Shown one piece after another: positions 53,549 through 64,000 of a DNA stretch of 64,000 nt. The notes under the pieces were generated by a model, which searched no databases, was not told the DNA's origin, and saw only the letters and a list, made by a program, of their open reading frames with translations. A program made the translations under genes and the position numbers. Each line of letters opens with the position of its first letter. Within the stretch, counting starts at the first letter, position 1. The stretch is from Eledone cirrhosa (Eukaryota): the NCBI GenBank assembly GCA_964016885.1, contig OZ024761.1, positions 16,554,001 to 16,618,000 on the forward strand. Reading direction: 5' to 3'.

Positions 53549-54228
53549 AATGAAGTCACTGCAACAGAAATATTGAAACATTGTCATAATTAATTTAACC
53601 AACTTAGAAGATTTAATGTAAATTGTACTCGTGTGTATATATATATATATTTATTAAAATAACAGATTAAATTTTAAGCAAAGGATCGCTGCTTTCACCC
53701 TTAACGGGATCTTCTGAAACTGTTTCAGAAGATCCCGTTAAGGGTGAAAGCAGCAATTCTTTGCTTAAACTTTAATCCGTTATTTAAATAAATATTTGCT
53801 CTACGGTTCTTATATATTTATCCTTATCGAGCCCTCTTTGGATTTTAGTCTTCAAATTTATTATTATTACTATATATATATATGTGTGTGTGTGTAGGGA
53901 GAGAGATGACCAAGTAGTAAACCTATTCCAATATATATACACACACACTCGCAGCTCCACTATGAGTAAGGTTCGGCACTGCCAACTGGCCTGACTCTCC
54001 TCATAACAGTGCCAGCCAGTTCCGCACTGTAAATATCCCAGCCAAAATACAGTTCCATCTGAGCAAGGTGCACGCAGCCAGACTTGTCTCATGACATGGG
54101 CGACCAGCCTAACCCATGGAAGCATGAAAAAAATAGACATTAAACCATGATGATATTATAGGGATGTGTCGAGAGAGAGAAAACTAAATAGTGTTCCTTC
54201 TCCAATATATATACCTAGGTGTGTGTAT

Positions 54229-54295
54229 GTGCTCAGTGTTAAAAGATTTTCATCAACAATTCAGTGGATTGACAGATAACATTACATCATAGCTA
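54229..54295 (-). ncRNA. Box C/D snoRNA copy 1, SNORD110-like target (18S Um1288-equivalent)
   Basis: ATGATGT (C) ...ATCTGTCAATCC-A-CTGA (guide + D') ..TTGATGA (C') ..CTGA (D). The guide is complementary to 18S GGAUUGACAGAU; sense to RPL6 intron 1. Confidence 0.88.
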
Positions 54296-54779
54296 CAACA
54301 CGCCACCACATATTACATTATATTATAGCCACTACAACAATACATCAGCTTTGGAGGGAAACTGAAGCTCTTAAGAGAACAGACAAAGGCTTCAAAAAAC
54401 GTTATCTTTGTCCATTCCCTTTAGTTTAGATTGCCCTGAGAGCATAACCTTATGACATAATGAAGCTGTTTTATGAGATCATGGCTCTGGTTGCATGAAA
54501 TCACGTGACCAGTCATCATTGAAATATACAGGCCAAAGCATACATACAATATGCACCACCCCACTCCACGAGTGGCAGTACATGGTATGCATCATGTGAA
54601 GCCTCCAGCCCAATGTAAATGAGGTGTTAAGGAAGGGCACCCAGCTGTAGAAACCATGCCAAAATCAGTTCTGTACGTGCAGGACATGGTCACCTGACCT
54701 AGCATTGCCCACAACAGGACAACCCACCTAACCTGGATAAATTGACATAAAATGGAGATGGTGATACAGGTGTATGTAT

Positions 54780-54845
54780 GTGCTCAGTATCTAGGTTTTC
54801 ATCAATAATTCAGTGGATTGACAGATGATATTACATCATAGCTAC
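54780..54845 (-). ncRNA. Box C/D snoRNA copy 2 (same guide)
   Basis: Same four boxes and 12-nt 18S guide; spacer before box D differs from copy 1. Confidence 0.88.
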
Positions 54846-55541
54846 TACACACCACCACCACCTCGTTTCGACAAAAAAGTGATCGATAAAATAAAAGATT
54901 GCCTTGAGAGCATAACCTTATGACATAATGAAGCTGTTTTATGAGATCATGGCTCTGGTTGCATGAAATCACGTGACCAGTCATCATTGAAATATGTATC
55001 ACAGCCTTATCAAAAAAGGACCCTAACATCTACAATAACTTCACATTTTCTTACTCTAAGTATACTCTGTCGTTCCTATTTGGAAGTAAAATGACATTGA
55101 GTACTTGAATTGAATTGCATCATAAGTATATATCTATATACGTGTGTAGAACAAAATAGTGACTATATATAAGTGTTTGTGTAGAGAAAGAGTAAGTGAA
55201 CCTATCATGCTATGTTAGTGCTACTAATATATATTGCCAGGTGGTGTTGTAGTTAGACTCAATTGGGTCTAAGTTATAGGTGTATGTGTGTAAACCAGGT
55301 AATGACAATATGTCTCATATATAAATCAGGATGGATTCAGTTTCAAACTGGTTAGACCATTACTCAGAGGACTCAATACTTAAGGTAATACAGTATGGTT
55401 AAATTATAAAAAGTCGGGATACCGACAGCTGAGCTCTTGAAATATCTACAGCTAGTTCTAGTCTGGAACTAGCTGCCGAAACAGCAAGAGCTCAGCTGCC
55501 GGAGCCTCGACTCTTTATAATATATAAACAGGTGCATGTAT

Positions 55542-55612
55542 GTGCTCAGTGTCAAGATAAGGTTTTCATCAACAATTCAGCGGATTGACAGATAACATTA
55601 CATCATAGCTAC
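55542..55612 (-). ncRNA. Box C/D snoRNA copy 3 (same guide)
   Basis: Boxes and guide intact; the unpaired base before D' (A to G) and the D-proximal spacer vary. Confidence 0.88.
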
Positions 55613-56363
55613 ATCACACCACCAATACTTCTACAACATAGTTACTACAGTGACAATATACCACAGTTACTACACACAACATACTTAGGTAGGCTTATCA
55701 AGTCCCAGTTCTGCCACGAAAAGTAATGTGAAATGGAATGCTTTGTTGAAGAACAAACAAGCCACCCAGTCCAGGAACCAAACCCATGGCCTTGAAAAAC
55801 TTAAGATCAACTTATTGGAAGTGGCCCTACTTCAATACATATATATATACTTACAGCGTGAACTGGGGACATTTTGTGGTTTTGTGACTAAAAGCACCTA
55901 GCATACACAGCAAATGTGGTTGGCGTTAGGAAGGGCATCCAACTATAGATATCAACACTAAACCAGCCATCTTACCCGATCTCTCCCAAAGGAACAGCCT
56001 GTCCTATTCATGTTAGTGTGGAAAATGGACGTTAAACGATTCATGTTTTTATTGGCAGCATGAGACCCCCCTCCCCCCAAAAGCATATATATGTATATAT
56101 ATATATACAGATACAGGCCAAAGCATACATACAATATGCACCACCCCACTCCACGAGGGCAGTACATGGTATGCATCATGTGAAGCCCCCAGCCCAATGT
56201 AAATGAGGTGTTAAGGAAGGGCATCCAGCTGTAGAAACCGTGCCAAAATCAGTTCTGTACGTGCAGGACATGGTCACCTGACCTAGCATTGCCCACAACA
56301 GGACAACCCACCTAACCTGGATAAATTGACATAAAACGGAGATGGTGATACAGGTGTATGTAT

Positions 56364-56429
56364 GTGCTCAGTATCTAGGTTTTCATCAATAATTCAGTGG
56401 ATTGACAGATGATATTACATCATAGCTAC
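56364..56429 (-). ncRNA. Box C/D snoRNA copy 4 (same guide)
   Basis: Apparently identical to copy 2; lies in a ~365-bp local duplication. Confidence 0.88.
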
Positions 56430-56811
56430 TACACACCACCACCACCTCGTTTCGACAAAAAAGTGATCGATAAAATAAATCCCCCCCCCCCCCCCCAAAA
56501 AAAAAGAGAGTACGAGGATCAATGATCAATATAATCGATTTAACCAAAAACGGTGCCACCGCATGGCCGCAGTCTGATTGAAACAACAACAAAAATACAC
56601 ACTCGTCTTTTTTGTTTTATTTTGGTAAATATAAATTTTTACCTAAGAAAATAATAATATCAAAGCACATTTATTTGCTTAAATTTTCTAAAATACTGCA
56701 TTGATTTACATAATTAGTCTACTCCAATGTATCAATTAAGTACTTCGGGAATATATATACATATGTTTTTCAGTAAACCTCCTGCAACCAAGAGGTACAC
56801 GTGTATACATA

Positions 56812-56908
56812 CAGGGTGTCCCCCAAAATTATATACACACTTTGATTACCTGTACAGGCAATATTTATTAGAATGCTGTATAAGTGTATACATTTTGGGG
56901 ACATCCTG
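56812..56908. mobile_element. Tc1/mariner-type MITE, same family as 37254-37411
   Basis: TA-CAGGGTGTCCCCCAAAAT ... ATTTTGGGGACATCCTG-TA. Confidence 0.8.
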
Positions 56909-57058
56909 TATATACAAACATAGGTGTGTAATTGTGCATTTATAATATAAAATAAATAGAAGTACGGTACATCGTAGATCAATGTGAAAATCAATGATTT
57001 TGGTAAGACTACGAGGAGATATAGTGTACGCGTGTGTATATTTAAATACATATATACA

Positions 57059-57231
57059 CGAGGGTCAGCTGAAAAGTACATAAGCAGTGCTAGAGGAGTG
57101 AAATCTTGCATGACAATTTCAACTCTTATTAATAAGTGCATTGTTCTTTCCACGGATTATGTTGACAATAAACCAATTTGATCGCTCCATGAGAGAGAGT
57201 ATCTTGCTCAGCCTTTTTCAGTTGATCCTCG
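57059..57231. mobile_element. Mariner-type MITE (partial copy at ~2925)
   Basis: CGAGGGTCAGCTGAAAAG ... CTTTTTCAGTTGATCCTCG-TA. Confidence 0.7.
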
Positions 57232-58183
57232 TATTTACTAGGGTTTGTTTTACAAAATAGGCCTATAAATATTATTGTGCAAAAGTTGTGAATTTTAGAT
57301 CTTAATGTTCATGAAGCCTTTTATGGAGTAATTAGATCGAATTAATTTCTTTCGATCTCTCTACAGACACATATTTTGCATTGAAGACTTCCAATTAAAA
57401 CAACGGCATTTCGATCTACATTAAAAATCTTCATGTATACGTTGTGCTCTAGCATTAATATTTATTATATATATATATATATGTGTGTGTTTACGTTTGG
57501 AAGGGCATCCAGCTGAAGAAACCAAGCCAAAATCAAACTACTCTAATCCATGCTAGCGTGGAAAAATTGGCCTAAAACGGGAATATATCAGCACGAGGTA
57601 AAAAGTGCTTAGTACCAAAACAGATAATGTATGTATATTTATTACATTACTGAAATCGCACAGATCTAGAGTAGTAGAGACAATCAACCGAGTGACATAT
57701 ATATATATTTATTTATTATATAAACACACACTACGTATTTAATAAAATCCATGTTGTAAAGACGAGGAAGATAAAATTGAATAATTTAATGCGACCCGAC
57801 CCATATATACATTATATACATATAATACACGTGAATCTACCCCCATGTGGAATTAGCTAAATATAGATAAGGATAGTTATATAGAGCACAGTAAATGATA
57901 TACATATATGTCATCAATTTAAAGTAGACATAATTATTAAGACAATGTGGTTCATATTAAAATAGTATCGCCATTTATATAAAAAGAAATTTTCGATCAA
58001 ACCCGAAACAGAAAAACATGTCTTAATACTAATTTAAAACGATCAATCAAATTAATAAAGCATAAAAACGTAAATAGATATCACCTCAGTTATTTTACTG
58101 TGAGCGATGGAAATAAATTTAACGTAAAAAGGCAGGATTAAAGCAGATTTTTAAGGAGACGTGAAAACAAGCATTATACTTAC

Positions 58184-58208
58184 ATTCAAGTAATGGCTAA
58201 AAAGAAAG
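58184..58208 (-). promoter_or_regulatory. RPL6: RPL6 non-coding exon 1 with TCT initiator / 5'TOP tract
   Basis: Minus strand reads gtCTTTCTTTTTagccattacttgaat|GTAAGT: a pyrimidine tract typical of ribosomal protein gene starts, followed by a perfect donor. It would splice to the acceptor at 53558. Confidence 0.8.
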
Positions 58209-58391
58209 ACACACAAACTGATGACGTTTTACTCAAACTACGTTCGTCATTGCTAGCTACACCGGACAACCGGAAGCGGAAGTATGCCGTTATGTTGCCG
58301 TGACGTAGTTCGCAACCGCTCTGTTTGCAATTTAGGGGGATTTTGCAGTTGTTGCTGTTAAATCACTAAAAAGTTCACTTTTCAGCTAATA
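58209..58391. promoter_or_regulatory. Bidirectional promoter shared by RPL6 (-) and INO80E (+)
   Basis: Locally CpG-rich; tandem ETS/GABP-type sites CCGGAAGCGGAAGT at 58270-58283; CRE/ATF-like TGACGT at 58222 and 58301; lies between divergent first exons. Confidence 0.8.
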
Positions 58392-58437
58392 ATGATGCCT
58401 GTTTCCGCTTCCAGTGCGGCGACAGTAACAAACACAG
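58392..58437 (+). CDS. INO80E: INO80 complex subunit E, coding exon 1
   Basis: ATGATG...MMPVSASSAATVTNT(D), donor G|GTATAT, phase 1 matching the next exon. Confidence 0.75.
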
Positions 58438-58732
58438 GTATATATATTATATATACATACTATATATATTACTATTGTTTTTTCTTCACTTCTTCTCCCT
58501 CTCTTCCTATCTAACTTAGCTTGACATTTGTAGTTGTTATTGACAATAGTGATGGTGCACTCGGCAAGGAACAGGGATTATCTGCTCCCTCCCCTCACAC
58601 CCCGCCACTATCTACACCTTTGTGTTTAACTCATCCAAGTTCAAATCCCTCCAGGATCTGATTAAATTGCCCCCCTCCCCCTCCTTTTTAAAAAAATTCT
58701 TCCCGCATCGTTAAAATATATCTATTCATCTG

Positions 58733-58786
<54 letters not shown>

Positions 58787-60502
58787 CATACATACAAAAT
58801 TTAATCTAGAAATGGTTTAATAGAACTAGAACTGTTTCATTCGAAAGAAATCATCAGGGCTTTCCTGATGATTTCCTTCGAATGAAACACTTCTAGTCCT
58901 GTAGAAGCTATTTCTATATTAAATTTTGTATACACTCTACTAATGTAGTGAGTACCTTACTGTGGTTACCCCCGATTGAACCCGGGCCTTATATATTATG
59001 TGTGTGTGTGTGTAGTATGTTATATATACACTCGCATAATGACGAGGAAATCGTAATGTGTATATATAGGCAATGTAATCCGGTAAATCTGACGAGATAT
59101 TTATGTTTTTCATATTTCGAGCTCTAATGTCAAGCATGTGTGTCTTGTATCATTGAGAGGTGACTTTTACAGGACTAGTTCTGTTTCAGTGATGAAATAT
59201 AATACACACACACATATATATAGAGAGATAGATATATAAACTTACCGATTTCTCTCTTGATCTTGTAGCCGGTAAACCCTAGAGGGACGCAACACACATC
59301 GCTATAGCGTTTCACCAGCCCCGTCCTTCTGCTTATGTATTTACGTGTAGATTTGTGTGTATGTAACTAAAGCGTAACATACGTTACGAATGGACAACTA
59401 AATTATTTTAACTTCTTTTTTAACAATTGATGGTGGAAAAGATTTCAAATTGTCTTAACTCGGGTCAGAACTCATAGTGTCTGACACTCTTACCGGCTAT
59501 ATAGCCCATTCTATTTTTATGTAGTGAATTTGTAGTATTGGTAGAGCGTCGGACAGCATGTCTTGCGGCATATAGTTTCATCCCTCTACATTCCGAGTTC
59601 AAATACCGCCGAGGTTAGCTTTTCTTTTCATCCTTACGGGGTCTATGAAATAAAGTCACAGTAAACACACTGAGGTCGATTTAATCAACTTTCCCCCACT
59701 TCACTTCAAATTGCTGATCTTGTGCCTAAACAAGAAATGATTGTTATCACTATTACTATATCTCTATAATTTAGAAAAAGCCTGCATGACTAAGTTTTTA
59801 GAATATAAATTTGAAATAGGACAGAGACAATGGAAAGACGGACAGTCTCCTCTCCTCAGTCAACCACTGGAAATCACTACAGTTTCGGTTCATTAAGAGT
59901 GATACCTTTCATTCCAATACACATTGGGACAATTCATATATGAATGAAAAAGTATCCCAAGTGTGTCAACTGACAAAGAAGGAAGAGAACGGTGTGTGGG
60001 GGCTTGTTTAACGTCCATCTTCCTCGCTGGCATGGGTACGACAGGCTGACCCTTTGGAAAAGAATCAGGTCAGAGAACCATGTTTCACTCACCCTGGGTT
60101 GATTTTGGCTTGGTTTCTACAGCTGGATGCCCTTCCTAATGCCAACCACATGTACAGTGTGTGCTGGGTGGTTTTTGTCATGTCACCTACACAATCATTT
60201 TATGTAGACTGGGCAGTGCAACACGACCACTTTACAGTATATATATATGTATATATGCGTTCACTTACATACTAAGTGCATAATATATATTTTTTGTGTT
60301 GATTTTTATTTTTGTAAATAAAAACTTAGTCAATTTGTTTTGTTAGAAATATGGTTAAACTTACCCTTCAGTAAATAAAAACCTAGGCACAGTTTGTTTC
60401 ATTAGAAATATGGTTAAACTTACCCTTCAGTAAATAAAAACCTAGGCACAGTTTGTTTCATTAGAAATATGGTTAAATATGAATTCTTCTCATTTTCTCC
60501 AG

Positions 60503-60579
60503 ATAATGCTCTTGATCACCAAGTCGACTATAAACGAAAATACAAGAATTTGAAAAGTAAACTAAAGTTCCTTGTTTAT
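60503..60579 (+). CDS. INO80E: INO80E coding exon 2
   Basis: DNALDHQVDYKRKYKNLKSKLKFLVY, the conserved DYKxKYxNLKxKLKFLxY coiled coil; AG/GTAAGT. Confidence 0.93.
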
Positions 60580-61007
60580 GTAAGTATTCTACTGATTATT
60601 GTTGTTCAGCATATAGTTGCAGTGCTTTACTTTCTGGGTTCGAATCCCGCCGAGGTTAACTTTGCCTTTCATCCTTACAGGGTTGATAAAATAAAGTACC
60701 AGTAATGCACTGGGGTCGATTTACTTGACTTTTCCCTCCCCCAAAATTGTTGTGAGAGTGCAAATGTTTGTGCGAGAGAGAATGTGTGTGTGTGACTATG
60801 TGTGAATGAGAGTGTGTGATTATGTGGGAGAGAGAGAGATAGTGCAGGAAAGAGATAGTTTGAGTGTAACTGGGTATGTGTGACTATATGTGAGTGAGTG
60901 TGTAAATGTGTGTATGGGATTGAGTATGTATGTAACTGTGAGTGAATGTATGAATGTGTAATTTGTTGAAATCTAATTCTTTGTTGTATTATTTCTCCCA
61001 TCCACAG

Positions 61008-61078
61008 GAGCAAGAATGTTTTCTGGAAGAACTACGAAGAGCTCAGAGAAAATTACTGAAGGTTTCTAGGGATAAAAA
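61008..61078 (+). CDS. INO80E: INO80E coding exon 3
   Basis: EQECFLEELRRAQRKLLKVSRDK, very close to the metazoan INO80E motif. Confidence 0.93.
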
Positions 61079-61107
61079 GTAAATCATCTCTCATTTATAT
61101 TTTACAT

Positions 61108-61272
61108 CAAGCATGAGCAAACTTTTTCAAGCAGTGGGTCGTATCGGATGTGACTCATCATGAGGTGGGCCGCACTTCTAAAAAATTCAAAGCAATTTTG
61201 AAATTAGGCGTACCATTCAGAAAGCCAAATGGAGCCACATGAGGCTCGCGGGCCGCAGTTTGCACATGACTG
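61108..61272. mobile_element. hAT-type MITE in INO80E intron
   Basis: CAAGCATGAGCAAAC ... GCGGGCCGCAGTTTGCACATGACTG; imperfect 8-bp TSD TTTTACAT / TTTTGTAT. Confidence 0.65.
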
Positions 61273-61510
61273 TTTTGTATTATTATTATAGATATAATTA
61301 TAAGGGCGGTTGATTGGCAGTATCAGTAGAGGGTCGAACGCCATGCTTTCCAGCATAGTTACGTCCCTTTACGATCTGAGTTCAAATCCCGCCGAGGTTG
61401 ACTTTGCCTTTCATCCTTACGGGGTCGATAAAATAAAGTACCAGTAATGCACTGGGTAATTGCTGGCCTTGTGCCTAAAGTAGAAACAATTATTATTATA
61501 GATATGTTCT

Positions 61511-61550
<40 letters not shown>

Positions 61551-62136
61551 CATATATCTTTTACATTTGAATTATTATGGCTCTAGATAAAGTCTATTGA
61601 GCTTGTTTAATGAGAAGCACAAAATTCTAACATATTTGTTGTTTTGTTTCCTTACATCATCACCATCATCATACGTCCGCTTTTCCCGCTTTTACATTTG
61701 TATATATATATATATATATCACCATCATCAGCACTGTTTAATGTCCCTTTTTCCATGCTAGCATGGGTTAGATGAGTTGTCATGTTGTGAGACAAGTCAG
61801 TTGAGGTGACCAGGTCTTGCTCATGCAGAACTGTTTTGGGTTTGGTTTCTATGACTGGATGCCCTTCCTACCTCCCAAACACCAACCACATTTACAATGT
61901 GGACTGGCTACTTATGCACATATATGTAAGGTGGTTGTGCAAAAAGCACCCAGTCCACACTAACATGGTTAGTGCTAGGAAGGGCATCCAGCCATAGAAA
62001 CCAAGCCAAAATACAAATCTGTATGAGCAAGACATTGTCTCCTAACAAGCGTGGTAAGATAGTTGTTGAAACTGTAATGATGATGTACATATACACACAC
62101 ACACATATCTGTTTGCTCATCCAACCAGTTACTATT

Positions 62137-62223
<87 letters not shown>

Positions 62224-62319
62224 ATATATATATATATATATAATATATTTATATAATATATATATATATATAATATATATATATAATATATATATATATA
62301 ATATATATATATATATAAT

Positions 62320-62383
<64 letters not shown>

Positions 62384-63735
62384 GGAGGCACATGGCTTAG
62401 TGGTTAGAGCATTGGCCTTGTAATCAAAAGGTTGTGAGTTCAATTCTCAGACCAGGTGATGTATTGTTTCCTTGAGCCAGACACTTTATTTCACATTTCT
62501 CCAGTTTACCCAGTCCATATCATTCCACTGCAAAGTGGTCGTGGAGGTGCCACGGCAAAAAAGCACCCAGCACTCACTGTAAATGAAGTTGGTGTTAGGA
62601 AGGGCATCCAGCTGTAGAAATCAAGCCAGAATCAGTTCCCGTCCCACCCTTGCAAGCAGGGAAAAGTGGACGTATGATGATGATATATATATATAGAGAG
62701 AGAGAGACATGATATATATAAACAAATGCTTACATGCAAGGAATTCCAGAGTAATGTCGGAGTGACTCACAAGCATTCTGAATGAGTATCTGTGCTCATA
62801 ATTTGGCATTAATAATATATTGGTTGGATGCCCTTCCTATCACCAGCACCACTTTACTGCATGGACTGGTGCTTTTATTCGTGCCACCAGCACTAGAGAG
62901 GTTGTCTTACTGGACTCAGTGGCGGCCCTCTCTACTCTATACTTTGGCATGGTTTTAATGGCTGAATGCCACTTCCATCACCTTCATTTTACAGCATGGA
63001 TCGGGTATTATTATTATGTGCTGGTGGCACAAATAAAAGAGTGTGTGTATAAATATATATATATATATTTAATATAGAAATGGCTTCTAAGGACTAGAAC
63101 TGTTTCATTCGGGAGAATGTTATGTATTCAGTACCTTACTTACTGTGGTTACCCCCGATTGAATCCGGGATATATATATATAGAGAGAGGGGGGGGGGGG
63201 ACATGTATACATACAAAAGTATTTAAAAGAAACCAAAGAACGTTTACATACTCAAACAGTTTTTATTTGCTTACAATGTTTCATTCATACCTTTTGGTAG
63301 GAGCGCTCAGAGCTTAATAAACACAGTGCTGAGTATAAGCTCCACAGATCCTAGTCACTCGAACAATCAGAATGCAAAAGAGAGTAAAGATAGGGAGATC
63401 GGCAATGGCGAACAAGGAGGGGGTTCATGTTGGGGTTGTTAAGCACCACAGCTAAATGCCAAGGCACAAGCGGATTCCACAAGATGCAGATATAATTGGT
63501 GGCACACAAAAGCAAAAGATACAGGCAATGGTTAAAACATAATAATAAAATAATAAAAAAAATAAAAGGAAGATAATATAAAGAGTAAAAAGGTAAAAGA
63601 TTAGAAAAGTAAAAAAAAAAAAAAAAAAATGTTCATAGACAATAATATAACAATCTGCTCTCTTTCAGTGCTATGTGTATGAATTGTTACAACAAGTGTT
63701 GGCTTACTCTATAGACATATACTTATATGTTTCAG

Positions 63736-63855
63736 TTTTCTATTGGATCGGTTACTGTCATATGAAAACATCAATGACTCCTCAGGTGACTCAGACGCCA
63801 CAGCCTCAAGTGAGAGTGACATAGAAATAAACAGAGAAAGTATTGTCACGAAAAA
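63736..63855 (+). CDS. INO80E: INO80E coding exon 4 (gene continues beyond window)
   Basis: (N)FLLDRLLSYENINDSSGDSDATASSESDIE..., the conserved FLLDRLLxYE...DSDATASS; phase 2 joins correctly. Confidence 0.92.
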
Positions 63856-64000
63856 GTAACTGCTTTAAACATCTTTTTACGTTATTTGAAATCATTTAAT
63901 TAAATTTTCGTTTTATTTTTTTAAACATCTCTTTGTCTGTCTATATCTCTGTCTGTCTATTTGTCAGTCTGTCTATCTGTTAGTCTGTTCCTTTGTTGTC

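Noticed and set aside
59269-59336. Extra INO80E exon after a pyrimidine-AG
   Set aside because: In-frame TAG after four codons; exons 1 and 2 already join in phase.

Overview
Eukaryotic, AT-rich and microsatellite-dense animal DNA. The SINE and LINE repertoire suggests an octopus or other coleoid cephalopod; this is inference only. About 1-39 kb is almost entirely repeats: simple-sequence tracts, tRNA-derived SINEs, RTE/Tx1 LINE fragments, a decayed DD37D (maT) Tc1/mariner transposon, MITEs, a 79-bp satellite and a 40-copy 91-bp satellite built from a SINE Pol III head. The right third holds three spliced genes: (1) an unrecognised 984-aa repeat-rich protein on + (4 coding exons, 40690-46604); (2) ribosomal protein L6 on - (5 coding exons plus a non-coding 5'TOP exon); (3) the 5' part of INO80E on +, head-to-head with RPL6 across a ~180-bp promoter. 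The most notable hidden features are four box C/D snoRNA copies in RPL6 intron 1, predicted to guide the 18S site equivalent to human Um1288, and several fold-back elements sitting in (TA)n tracts that carry minimal hammerhead-ribozyme folds of the Penelope type, including a U3:A8 compensatory core. Most long ORFs in the supplied track are microsatellite artefacts.
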